Assembly (NCBI GenBank): GCA_000002435.2
Contig: CM018789.1
Source of the DNA: Giardia intestinalis
Taxonomy: Eukaryota
Reading direction: 5' to 3' (one strand)
DNA length: 64,000 nucleotides
Below, piece by piece: positions 49,575 to 58,769 of this stretch. Each line of letters begins with the position of its first letter. Position 1 is the first letter of the stretch. The notes under the pieces were generated by a model that worked only from the letters and a program-made list of their open reading frames with translations, did no database searches and was not told the DNA's origin. Position numbers and translations under genes: made by a program.

Positions 49575-50627
49575 TTAATCTTTACGAGTTTCGTTCTTTT
49601 CTAGTAGCTGATAAACGAACATACACCCGGCAGCTAAAAGAGCTAACCCAAGAACAACGAAGACAAAGCCAAGAAGAATTATTGGATTGATAGTCTGATT
49701 AATATTTTTAAGGATTGGAACACACAACCCCTGCGATGTGACATTTTGTGCGTCTCTCAGCAAATAGGAATAGCCATCCTTGCATAGCACACAAGTCTCG
49801 TAGACAATGTCTTGTGACGCCTCAATCTTGCACTCCAAGCAATTCGGGATGGTGCATAGGATACAGGCATTCTGATAAAGTGCGTAAAGGGTGTCACATT
49901 CAAGACAGACTATTGGGATTGCAGTAGTGCATCTGCGGCAATTAAGGATTGCACAGTTTGTTTCGCTAGACCTAATGCACAAGGAGTTGTCCCGCACCAA
50001 TAGGTATCCCTGATAGCAGGTGACGCATTGCTTGATAATGGATTTATTTCTATCGTTGTACAGAATCCTACAGTACTGGCAGCCGAGCATGTCGCACGCC
50101 ACACACATAGAACGACCAGAGGAGTCGCTTGGGGAGCATTCTGTACACATTCCCTCTGCACAAGCTAAACAGTCATAGTGAATATAGCTACAAGAGACGC
50201 AATATTCTTGCAAATAGTACCCCGGCTCGCAGACAGAGCAAAACTCACTTCCATCATGACAATCAATGCAATGTGGATCTGCACAAGAAATTACATCTGT
50301 TGTACACTTATCTAGTACCGGTGGATTCCCATCTGTACAGAGCTCACAGATAAAGATATCAGTACTACACTGAAGACAATTGTCTATATTGCAAGAGACA
50401 CAGTGGCCATCAATATCTGGGCCGAGGTTATCTCCATAGCACAAGACGCAGTATTCAGTGTCGTCGGATATTACACATTCGATACAGTTTTCAAGAGTAC
50501 AAGTAGTAGGGTGCGTTAATGTAGCACGCGACTGTGTAACATTCAGTATGCTGTTGGCAACTGGTGCTGCACACTGAGTATCAACTGGAGTGAAAGGAGG
50601 CCTACCAAGCGGCATATTTATTAACAT
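49575..50627 (-). CDS. High-cysteine (CXXC-repeat) type I-like membrane protein with C-terminal TM helix and short tail; no recognisable signal peptide
   Basis: About 60 cysteines, mostly CxxC or CxC. Examples: 'CIECVISDDTEYCVLC', 'CVSCNIDNCLQC', 'CIDCHDGSEFCSVC', 'CQYCRILYNDRNKSIIKQCVTC'. C-terminal 'IILLGFVFVVLGLALLAAGCMFVY' followed by 'QLLEKNETRKD'. The track start at 50633 is GTG. The first ATG (~50627) gives 'MLINMPLGRPPFTPVDT', which is not hydrophobic. An in-frame TAA lies just upstream. Confidence 0.6.
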   Translation of the reverse strand: MLINMPLGRPPFTPVDTQCAAPVANSILNVTQSRATLTHPTTCTLENCIECVISDDTEYCVLCYGDNLGPDIDGHCVSCNIDNCLQCSTDIFICELCTDGNPPVLDKCTTDVISCADPHCIDCHDGSEFCSVCEPGYYLQEYCVSCSYIHYDCLACAEGMCTECSPSDSSGRSMCVACDMLGCQYCRILYNDRNKSIIKQCVTCYQGYLLVRDNSLCIRSSETNCAILNCRRCTTAIPIVCLECDTLYALYQNACILCTIPNCLECKIEASQDIVYETCVLCKDGYSYLLRDAQNVTSQGLCVPILKNINQTINPIILLGFVFVVLGLALLAAGCMFVYQLLEKNETRKD

Positions 50628-50791
50628 ACCCACTGAAAGAGGCCTTTACTCGACTAGAACCTGTGCCCACTAAGAGGTTTCTTCATCTCTGACACTCTAA
50701 TAGCGTTACTCCTTGTGATGTCTACCCATTCCCAGTACATCACGAACGATCCACTCTGGTCGTCGGTGTCCGCTCAGCTTTAGAAATCAAG

Positions 50792-52897
50792 CTACGCTAG
50801 CTGCTTCTTAAGGACGGCCAGTTCATTAGAAAACCTCCCTATCTCGCTCGATAGCTCCGAATATAGAAACTCTCCTGTGGTATGGTCAAAGGTAATTGGC
50901 TGTGTGACCATACCCTTTTCTGTAAAGCGGGCGCTTCTTCGAGCGTTTATGAAGCTTTCTATTGGATTGTTCTTTGATTGTACGTTGTTTCGAGCGTCCA
51001 CTGATGATGTAGGGATACTGGCTAAGGATACGGTAGGCAGAGAGCCACCAGGGGGCTCCTTTTGCGATTCACATCGCGCCTCAAGGGGTATATCTGTGAG
51101 GCCACCATCTCTCCCTTTTATTGTAAAAGTTGGGCTTCTTCTATTATAGCGCATGTTAGTGGCCTTATTACCGCCACCCATCTCATTGCCAAAGTTCCAA
51201 TCTTTATTAGTTGTAGTAATTATATCAAGATCTACACTTTGTAGATTGTCTTTATACTTAGTGATGAAAAGAGGAGTCATCTTATTTTCAACATTATTTC
51301 CGATTGAGCTGGCCCCTAGTTTTTTACTAGAAGCCAATAGATGCCGTTGGTCTGCAACTATAACTCTTGATCTGCTAAAATCATTCTGGGCTCCTGTGTC
51401 TATATGTCTCAAAGCAGAAGCTGATGGTAAAGAGCTACTCATTCTCAAAGATTTAAGAGCAGATCTAGCATTCGATACAAGGACATCTTGCTCTTCTGTA
51501 GTCATGGGTTTGTTACGAAGATCAGAGCGGAGAGCAGAGGCCGACTTTAAAGTGCTAGGCACAGCGTCCATCGGGGTTGCTGTGCTACCTTGTAGTGCAT
51601 CAAGAATAACTGCATCCGGTATTCGATCTATTAAGGAGGGTAAGACATGACAAACCCTTTTAGTTAATCCTATAAGGCCTTGGGGTTCTTGCTGTTTCTC
51701 TTGGGGAAAACTGGATTGTTGATTGTGCCGCTCAATCGTAGCCCACTTAAGGGCATCATTTTTTGATACCTCGACCAGCTTGATTGATACCTTGTGATCT
51801 GCGCTAGTTTCACCAAGTTCAAGGGCTACACGCGATTGCTCAGTGAACGAGTCCTTATCTTTTTTACTAGAATGGTCGAGCAATGAGTTTGACGTAGAAT
51901 TAATTGACTGTTTGGCAGATAGACTCCTACTACTATCCGTAACGGCATCGATATGGGCTGCACTATTGCTGAAGCTTCGTGGAGCTGGAACCAAGATAGA
52001 CTTCCTCTGTAGTGTGTCGGAACTAATAGAGCGACGAGCGGGCATCTTCTGTGCTGCTTTAGATCTCAGTGTGGTGGAATGGGCAGAAGTAAGAGAGTCT
52101 GTTAGAGGCTTGATCCCAAAGTGTGCCAATACATTTGATACAGATAGGCCTGATTCCGCTGCATCTAAAAGGAAATTCTTCTTAGCATGCATTTGTGCAC
52201 CGACAAGACCTGCTCTATGCATAGTCGATAGTAAATTACTATAGTACCCATTGCACGTAAGAGGAGCTGTTCGGAAGGGAGTATCCATCGGGGTGATAAC
52301 CGAAGAGCTATAGGAGCAGTCGGCGGCGAGAAAGTCTTCGTGCTCTTTTTCATCTTCGTGGGCATCGACAAATGTAACACAGGGCTCGTGACCCAGTGAG
52401 CTCATTGCTGTCTGCGGTGCGTCCTTTATACCAGAGCTGATGCTTAGCATCCCAGTGGTGTTAAGCGTGTCTTCGTTGGCAGTGTTATCTAAAATAGTCG
52501 GATGAGGCGAGCTTATGCCTGTCTCCAAGTGCAGTCCAGGGTGCAATGCACTCTCCTCAGATAGTTTTACGGGCTCTGCTTCTCCAGGACACAGTGTGCT
52601 ATTATTGAGGCCATCGGAGCCACATGTCAAAATGCTGGAAAACCCGGATTCGCTGGTAGTGAGCGGAAAGGAGCGATCGGTCTGCAGGGTGGTATTTGTG
52701 ATTGTGCTCATCGAAATGGTGTTATGGTTTCCATCGAATATGACGGGCCCGAAGCTCTTATTTCTAGGAGGAGGAGCTGAATTTCCTCGAGCACCAGAAT
52801 CGACAAGCTGGTCTCGGAACACGTTCCCAATGGCAAGCCGCTCCAGAAGCATTTGGTCTGTTCGTGGCTGAGCGAGGGCCCGTTCAATCCGGAGCAT
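50792..52897 (-). CDS. Hypothetical Ser/Thr-rich protein (start uncertain; ORF remains open through a GC-rich island up to the tRNA)
   Basis: A conservative start is the ATG at ~52897 (MLRIERALAQ). Upstream, the frame stays open with an in-frame ATG at ~53197 (MPPARVRLPPGH...). That ATG lies only ~10 nt beyond the tRNA terminator. The track start at 53353 is TTG and would overlap the tRNA. Confidence 0.5.
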   Translation of the reverse strand: MLRIERALAQPRTDQMLLERLAIGNVFRDQLVDSGARGNSAPPPRNKSFGPVIFDGNHNTISMSTITNTTLQTDRSFPLTTSESGFSSILTCGSDGLNNSTLCPGEAEPVKLSEESALHPGLHLETGISSPHPTILDNTANEDTLNTTGMLSISSGIKDAPQTAMSSLGHEPCVTFVDAHEDEKEHEDFLAADCSYSSSVITPMDTPFRTAPLTCNGYYSNLLSTMHRAGLVGAQMHAKKNFLLDAAESGLSVSNVLAHFGIKPLTDSLTSAHSTTLRSKAAQKMPARRSISSDTLQRKSILVPAPRSFSNSAAHIDAVTDSSRSLSAKQSINSTSNSLLDHSSKKDKDSFTEQSRVALELGETSADHKVSIKLVEVSKNDALKWATIERHNQQSSFPQEKQQEPQGLIGLTKRVCHVLPSLIDRIPDAVILDALQGSTATPMDAVPSTLKSASALRSDLRNKPMTTEEQDVLVSNARSALKSLRMSSSLPSASALRHIDTGAQNDFSRSRVIVADQRHLLASSKKLGASSIGNNVENKMTPLFITKYKDNLQSVDLDIITTTNKDWNFGNEMGGGNKATNMRYNRRSPTFTIKGRDGGLTDIPLEARCESQKEPPGGSLPTVSLASIPTSSVDARNNVQSKNNPIESFINARRSARFTEKGMVTQPITFDHTTGEFLYSELSSEIGRFSNELAVLKKQLA

Positions 52898-53201
52898 CTC
52901 CTCGAGCTGCCCGGCATCCGAACTTCCTTGTGACTCGACATACGCGGCTCCAAACCTCCGGCGGCGGAAGGAATTCTGAGCCTGGGCTCCTGATGGGTAG
53001 CAGGAAGCGTACCTAGACGGTTCGGGATGCGCTAGGGAGTCAAGAGCAGTCGGGGACCTGGACCGGGGGACTAGCGCGGGGTGGAGCGGAACGGGCCGGC
53101 GCGCCACGGCTGGCGGGGCGGGGTGGCGAGGATGGAAGCGCGGGCTGACGTGGTCGACGCGGTGGCCGGGGGGAAGCCGGACGCGCGCAGGGGGCATTGG
53201 G

Positions 53202-53205
53202 AAAA
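53202..53205 (-). terminator. Pol III oligo-T terminator of tRNA-Tyr
   Basis: On the minus strand, TTTT follows the discriminator base directly (plus strand 'gaaaat'). Confidence 0.5.
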
Positions 53206-53289
53206 TCCTCGCTGCCGGATTCGAACCAGCGACCGTTCGGTGACTGCGGACTCTACAGCCGAACGCTCTACCAACTGAGCTAAGCGAGG
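53206..53289 (-). tRNA. tRNA-Tyr(GUA): tRNA-Tyr (anticodon GUA) with 11-nt intron 3' of the anticodon
   Basis: Reverse complement: CCTCGCT-TA-GCTCAGTTGGTAGAGC-G-TTCGG-CTGTAG[AGTCCGCAGTC]A-CCGAA-CGGTC-GCTGGTTCGAATCCGGC-AGCGAGG-A. The acceptor stem forms 7 Watson-Crick pairs (CCTCGCT/AGCGAGG). D-arm GCTC/GAGC. Anticodon stem TTCGG/CCGAA. The anticodon loop after intron removal is CUGUAGA, with G34 U35 A36. T-arm GCTGG-TTCGAAT-CCGGC. Apart from the acceptor and anticodon stems it is nearly the same as eukaryotic tRNA-Tyr genes, which carry an intron at this position. Confidence 0.85.
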
Positions 53290-53355
53290 CCTGAGCGCCT
53301 TGACAGCGCCAAATAAACACAAGAGGGCTTGATCTGCAGGCTTGGTGACCCAAAA

Positions 53356-53919
53356 ATGGGCATCGCCCTCGGCCGGCTCATCCAGTCCCTCTTCGGCTCC
53401 CGCCAAGCACGCGTCGTCATGGTCGGGCTCGACGCCGCTGGGAAGACGACGATCCTCCATCAGATGGCCTACGGGATGACCGTGGAGACGATCCCGACGA
53501 TGGGCTTCACCCTGCAGACAGTAAAAAAGGGCAAGCTGGAGCTCGACGTGTGGGACATCGGTGGCCAGTCCGAGTTCCGCAATATCTGGGTTCACTACTA
53601 TGTCGATAAGCACGCTGCTATCTTCGTCGTCGATGCAGCAGACCACAGTAAAGCACGCATGGAGGAGGCTCGGACGGCTCTTGAGGGCGTACTAACAGCC
53701 CCAGAGCTCTCAGGTGTTCCCATCCTCATCCTCGCCAACAAGCAGGACATAGACGGTGCCATGTCCGGGGACGCCGTGGCAAGCATGTTAGACCTACAGA
53801 ACGTCAAGGATCACGAAGTGAAGGTCGTGGAAACGGTCGGAACTACGGGAAAGGGCCTTGACGACGCCCTTAAGTGGTTGAGCACGGCTATTGAGCGGCG
53901 CTGGAAGGAGACTAGCTAA
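53356..53919 (+). CDS. ARF-like small GTPase (ARL2/ARL3-type)
   Basis: The track start at 53329 is TTG; the first ATG at 53356 gives 'MGIALGRLIQSLFG', with Gly2. G1 'GLDAAGKTT'. G3 'WDIGGQ'. G4 'NKQD'. 'TIPTMGF' switch I. Size ~188 aa. Confidence 0.9.
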   Translation: MGIALGRLIQSLFGSRQARVVMVGLDAAGKTTILHQMAYGMTVETIPTMGFTLQTVKKGKLELDVWDIGGQSEFRNIWVHYYVDKHAAIFVVDAADHSKARMEEARTALEGVLTAPELSGVPILILANKQDIDGAMSGDAVASMLDLQNVKDHEVKVVETVGTTGKGLDDALKWLSTAIERRWKETS

Positions 53920-53927
53920 GTAAACAG

Positions 53928-55333
53928 CTACTTCAGCGTGTAGTCTTCTATGACCTGGGAAATGGTGATCAGGGCGTCCCGGATGACCGTCGGTGTGACC
54001 CCAAACCGTTCATAATGCCACATGTACGCACCAGCCTGCATGCGCGCTTTCATGTCCAGGACAAGATCGCCAAGAGTTCTAGAGAAAACGTTACCATTCA
54101 GAATCAAGGCAGCACTCGGAGGCACATCTTCTCTCAGATTCTCCCCTCGAAGGGAGACGGGATAATCAGACTTGCCTGGTCGGTAGTATGGGTAGAGATC
54201 GTAAAAGCTCGATTGCATGAGCGTGGAATATGCCTCTTTGATGCCTTGTCGCTGACCCTTTATATCTTGCTGCTTTGCTCGGGTATATGAATTAAGAACA
54301 GCAGGGTCTAAATCCTTCAGTTGTAGGTAGTCATCAGTGTTAACGTACCCAGAAACGAACTGCTCAGCATCAGAAGAGCGTAGCACTATGTGAGACCGCA
54401 CAAGACGAGTAAAGTAGTTCCTATCCTCAAGACGCTGTTGCCAGTCCATACACGCATCGCCCGGGCTTCCGGTTATCATTATCTGCCTGCAGCGGGAAAT
54501 AATTGATCGAAGCGTTTGATGTTGACTATCATGGGAGGGGAAGCTCGGAACCACACGTGGAGCCAGAAGCTTATAAAGCACAGAAGGCACTGTCTGCTCT
54601 AACAAGTCAGTGACAGGCCTCCGCAAGCCTGACAAGTTATAGGCCAAGGTACGCCCAATCACTGCGTTTAGCTGCATGAGGGACGGCCGTGCACCAGAGA
54701 GGCGGCTCTGTTGGTTCTTGACGATAGTGGCCGCCTCATCATTTCCGAAAAGAAGGATACCATCCGCTTCCTGGATGAGGAAAGCCAAAGAAAGACTTGT
54801 ATTGTACTGCTGCGTTAGAACCTCCCCAGAAGCAAAGGGAACAACGCAATTGCAAAGAATAGCCGACTTAGGGTAGTGGTCACGTAGATGACCTATTACA
54901 TGGCTACCCAGGCCCGACCCTGTTCCACCAGCTAGAGACAAGATGCCAAAGAACCCATCTATGTATGTGTTCGCTTCCTCAGCGTACTTCCTCACGCCCT
55001 CTAGTATTTTGGGAAGCTCTCTAGGTCCGTGCTCCATATATCCGTGGGCCCAATTGTTGCCAGAGCCAGATTGACCAAAGATAGCTGACCTTGCGTTGTA
55101 GTGAAATCTTCCATCGATAACGTCATTTTTGCCCAGGCAGGACTTCAGTATCGCCTTAGGCTCCATGTCTATCATAAGCGCCTTAGCGTATATGCTTCCG
55201 TCAGAGGCCTGTCCAAACCAAGGCGTAGCGTCGCCGTTACCTCCCGACTCCTGCAAGTAGTCCATCATGGTTGCGAAGAAAGCAGGCCCGAGCTGGTTTC
55301 CGTACTGGCCGAACTGGAGGGTCAGGGTCGCCA
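53928..55333 (-). CDS. TUBD: Delta-tubulin
   Basis: The first ATG at ~55333 gives 'MATLTLQFGQYGNQLG'. 'GSGNNWAHGYMEHGPRELPKILEGVRK' matches delta-tubulin 'GSGNNWAYGYSVHGPRHEESIMNIIRK'. Tubulin signature 'LAGGTGSGLGS'. 'YPKSAILCNCVVPFASGEVLTQQYNTSLSLAFL' matches delta '[33 protein letters not shown]'. The track start at 55370 is TTG. Confidence 0.85.
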
Positions 55334-55626
55334 TCTCATTAATTAATGCCTCATCAAAAATGACCCACAAAACTTTTAATCACCGAAGCATTTAAAATTA
55401 GCGCTGTAAGGCAACCTTAGAAGTGCGTCTTCTGGGAAATTCCCTGGGCGTCGGGCAGAAAGTGCCGGTCCTCTGGATTCCGGGGAGTGTCTGGTGCCGA
55501 TCGGACACTCCCTAGCCGCCACACTGACAGTTATGGTTGCAGGACAAGCTTAGCGAGTCCGAACTCGACAGGGATACTCTACAGCGTTCCTTTATTCAAT
55601 CATTGACGGGCGTGTCGCTATCACGC

Positions 55627-58600
55627 CTACTTGAACTGCATCCACGTGGCGCAACAGAGGTTACGCCGGATCCCGTCAACAGATGCGGTGATCTGACGAA
55701 TCATTCGGCCTGCTTGCGTCTCGGAGACACTAGTAGCACAAGCGCCCTGCTGACTATCGGATGCTTCCTGCCGCCGTGTTGGAGCAAATGCCCCATACCT
55801 CTTTGTGAAGGCTCCGGCTCTGGTCAGATCAACATCTGTCACAGGAATGTCATTTATTACTTCAAGGGTAGGGCAATAGTACAGACATGCCGCTCTGAAA
55901 TAGGGTCTTTTTGTAATGTCGTCATAGACGGTTAAGTAGTGAAGCCGTGCAAATGCAGAGATAAATTGAATTTGAGCGAGTGTTTTTATTCCACAATCAA
56001 GAAGCTCAATGCGTTCTATGAACTGGGATAAGTCTTGATTACTACTGAAGTCGTATATGTCCATGTTGCACCTGAAGAAAGAAAGGATTTGGATAAAGTT
56101 TCCCGTTAAATAGTTAATGTCTGTTTGCATGATATTTGTTGATATTTTGATCGGCACTACGATTAGCCCAGTTTCATGAGACATGGAATCGCTTGCTTGG
56201 TCGGCCTCGCGCGGCTCATACCCCATGTCCACAAGGTTGACTTCTTTCACGGAGATACTTGGCATTGTAAATAATTCAGGGTCTTTCTGGATCATCTTGA
56301 AAAGCAGGGTTGAGAGAGGACCAACGAGATCGACATCTTCTAAAGTTTGGACGCCCACAATGAAGACCTCATATTCCTGCGAAAGTGTCGGGTTACTGAA
56401 GTCCTTGATGTCTCTACCTTTGTGCGGCCTGAGCTCTAGCATGGGCCGGACATTCCGGGCAACGTGTGAATCTTTCATTAGGTCCATTGCGGTCGCGCGT
56501 ATCCCATCATGTGGCTGTCGTGAGATATCCTCAGAAAGATATCCCGATGTACCATCGGTTAAGCGATAAAAGTCGCTGAGCCTAGTGAATTCATAGACAA
56601 TATCATCTGCTTCTTGAGTACGCTTTGGAAAGACCTTGTAGTTAATCGTCCGCGTCTTTAAGCTCTTGATGAAAGCAGCCTCCCGCTGATTCACAAGCCC
56701 AAGTGCCTGAGGAAGAGATACGGCAGATTGAGTCGAGCGATTAGCAGAAGCGTTGTTGGCGCTTGTTGGACGTTGCTTAACGGGATTCTTCAACCTGTTC
56801 TGAGACATTCTTGATGAAACGCGATCTTTCTTCATTATGCGCTGACCCTTTTGCGCAACTGTACTGCTCAGAAGCTCGTCTAACTCATCTTTGCATAAGG
56901 TCTTTCTTGCAGCATTGGCTACTTGATCATAGCAATCCGTTAATAAGTACGTATCCCCGTCTAGCTCTCTTAATTCTTTTCCTATCAGAACAGGGTTTCC
57001 CGTTACTGAAGGTCTCATAAGAACACTGAGGGGACTCAACGATCGAAGTTGCTCTGCTGCCCCCTTAGGTGTTTGGAAGAGTGCAGGAGTGAATAGAGAC
57101 CCCACATTCTGTGCCATAGAAACGTCAGTATGAGGCTGGAGCAGATTAGTCGCTGACGAATCGCTGCAAATAGAAGGGACAGAAGACGCTGCATATGCCT
57201 TTTTGATATCTGCTTTGGAGATACAGGTGAAACTCTTGGAAGAAGGTGGAGTCACTTTCGATGGCTGTGGTGACGGCTGAGTCCGCTTTGTACTTATCGA
57301 TTCCAACTTTTTCATCAGTTTAGAAGCTGCGTCATCTATAAATGTTTTGCTATTGAATTGAACCGACTCTTGCCGTCGAGTGGCCGCGTTTTCTGAAACA
57401 GGGCGAGGTATCCTCGATGCTTGGGCCACAGATGTGGTGGACACCCGTCCGGAGCCTTTTGCTTCTGTGGGAAGAGCTTCTTCGTCCGTTGAATAGTAGC
57501 TGTATGTCTCAGTGTGACTACTCTCTATAGATTCCCCCGAAACCTTAGATCGACGAGTCTTTTGGTTTGTAAGATAGACAAGGGTGTCGTCAAGAAGCTC
57601 AGGAGGAAGTGCTTTACGAAAGTCAGGATCGGATGTACTGGTGTCAGGCATGTAGTGCTCAAACGTGAAGCCTGAATGGAGATTATGAACCGGCTTTAAC
57701 AAAAAGTTGGCTTTCTCAACCTTGACATCTGAGAACGAGAGCTGAGGGGTACCGCGCTTGGGGTCCTTATAACGCAGAACGAAGTAGTGCCTGAAGTCAC
57801 CAAAGTCTGCTAGCAAGAGAAAGGAGTGGTCTTCTGTGCTACACTTAGTCAAGTTACAACTATTGGCTAATCCTGCTAATTGACTAAAGACGTTTGAGAA
57901 GCTCTGTATTATCTGCTGATTGGACATTCGGGTGGTAAATAGAGGCTCAAACGGTATGCAGAGTGAATTGTGCTTTATTACTATCAGCTTTAAGCAAGAA
58001 ATGGATAGCAGAGGTTTCAGATCGGAAGGATCGTGCACAGCATTACCTCCAAGGTCAATCTTCAGGAGTTTTGGTAACGTCCTAGGATCGATCTCTATCT
58101 GCTCAAGCCTATTACCTCCTAAATTAAGATCCAAAAGCTTTGAAAATACGGCCTTAGTAGATGCAATAGAAGTTAGTTTGTTATTCCGCAGAGATAGAAA
58201 CTGTAAGGTTGAAGGGAAGTGTGAGAAATCAAGGACCATGGCACCAGCCAATTGGTTATCTCCCAGGTCTAGATATTTGAGGTGAGAGAGGCCGCTCAAG
58301 TCATCAATCTGAGTTAACAGGCAGTTTCGTGCTTTCAACACCCGAAGATTAGGGCAAAAGGCAGATACACCATCAAGTGTGTCTAGCTTATTACTACTAA
58401 TATCAAGATATTGTAAGCCTGGCAGCCTCAACAAGGCATCCGATAGTCTCTGAATATTGTTGGACACACATGAGAGCTTGATGACCGCAGGATCGGAAGA
58501 TTTGAGAAGAGGGAGAGCCGTGAGGCTATACCGATCTATGCTAATAGAGTCATGGTTTGCCAGGCGCTCCTCTGCGGTTCTTTCTAAAAAGATAGATGTC

Positions 58601-58725
58601 CCATCTGAAAATAGCTTTATTCTATTAGTGAGTGTTTGCCGCGGCGAAGCGTTTAGCATAGCACTACGCCCAGCTGCTGATGTCAGTGCTGGCCGACTAA
58701 GTTTGTAAGCAGACCCTGGCCGCAT
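55627..58725 (-). CDS. Leucine-rich-repeat protein (~1030 aa), LRR blocks at both N- and C-terminal regions
   Basis: 'LQYLDISSNKLDTLDGVSAFCPNLRVLKARNCLLTQIDDLSGLSHLKYLDLGDNQL' and 'LQFLSLRNNKLTSI...LLDLNLGGNRLEQIEIDPRTLPKLLKIDLGGN' are LxxLxLxxN repeats. The track start at 58824 is GTG; the first ATG is at ~58725 (MRPGSAYKL). Confidence 0.65.
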   Translation of the reverse strand: MRPGSAYKLSRPALTSAAGRSAMLNASPRQTLTNRIKLFSDGTSIFLERTAEERLANHDSISIDRYSLTALPLLKSSDPAVIKLSCVSNNIQRLSDALLRLPGLQYLDISSNKLDTLDGVSAFCPNLRVLKARNCLLTQIDDLSGLSHLKYLDLGDNQLAGAMVLDFSHFPSTLQFLSLRNNKLTSIASTKAVFSKLLDLNLGGNRLEQIEIDPRTLPKLLKIDLGGNAVHDPSDLKPLLSISCLKLIVIKHNSLCIPFEPLFTTRMSNQQIIQSFSNVFSQLAGLANSCNLTKCSTEDHSFLLLADFGDFRHYFVLRYKDPKRGTPQLSFSDVKVEKANFLLKPVHNLHSGFTFEHYMPDTSTSDPDFRKALPPELLDDTLVYLTNQKTRRSKVSGESIESSHTETYSYYSTDEEALPTEAKGSGRVSTTSVAQASRIPRPVSENAATRRQESVQFNSKTFIDDAASKLMKKLESISTKRTQPSPQPSKVTPPSSKSFTCISKADIKKAYAASSVPSICSDSSATNLLQPHTDVSMAQNVGSLFTPALFQTPKGAAEQLRSLSPLSVLMRPSVTGNPVLIGKELRELDGDTYLLTDCYDQVANAARKTLCKDELDELLSSTVAQKGQRIMKKDRVSSRMSQNRLKNPVKQRPTSANNASANRSTQSAVSLPQALGLVNQREAAFIKSLKTRTINYKVFPKRTQEADDIVYEFTRLSDFYRLTDGTSGYLSEDISRQPHDGIRATAMDLMKDSHVARNVRPMLELRPHKGRDIKDFSNPTLSQEYEVFIVGVQTLEDVDLVGPLSTLLFKMIQKDPELFTMPSISVKEVNLVDMGYEPREADQASDSMSHETGLIVVPIKISTNIMQTDINYLTGNFIQILSFFRCNMDIYDFSSNQDLSQFIERIELLDCGIKTLAQIQFISAFARLHYLTVYDDITKRPYFRAACLYYCPTLEVINDIPVTDVDLTRAGAFTKRYGAFAPTRRQEASDSQQGACATSVSETQAGRMIRQITASVDGIRRNLCCATWMQFK

Positions 58726-58769
58726 TTTTTGGATATATTTTTGATTGCCCTGCACGTATCTCTGCACGC

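Noticed and set aside
53197-53353. Using the ORF-track start (53353, TTG) for the 853-aa gene
   Set aside because: That start is a TTG codon, and the extension would run straight through the tRNA-Tyr gene. A start at the internal ATG (~52897, or at most ~53197) is more plausible for a eukaryotic gene.
53071-53646. 191-aa minus-strand ORF and plus-strand ORF 53081..53278 spanning the tRNA and GC island
   Set aside because: They overlap the tRNA-Tyr gene and run antisense to the well-supported ARL GTPase gene. They are explained by GC-rich composition.
55537-55935. 132-aa plus-strand ORF in the spacer and 3' end of the LRR gene
   Set aside because: It lies partly antisense to the LRR gene and has no motifs. 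The spacer is more interesting for the hairpin at 55483..55512.
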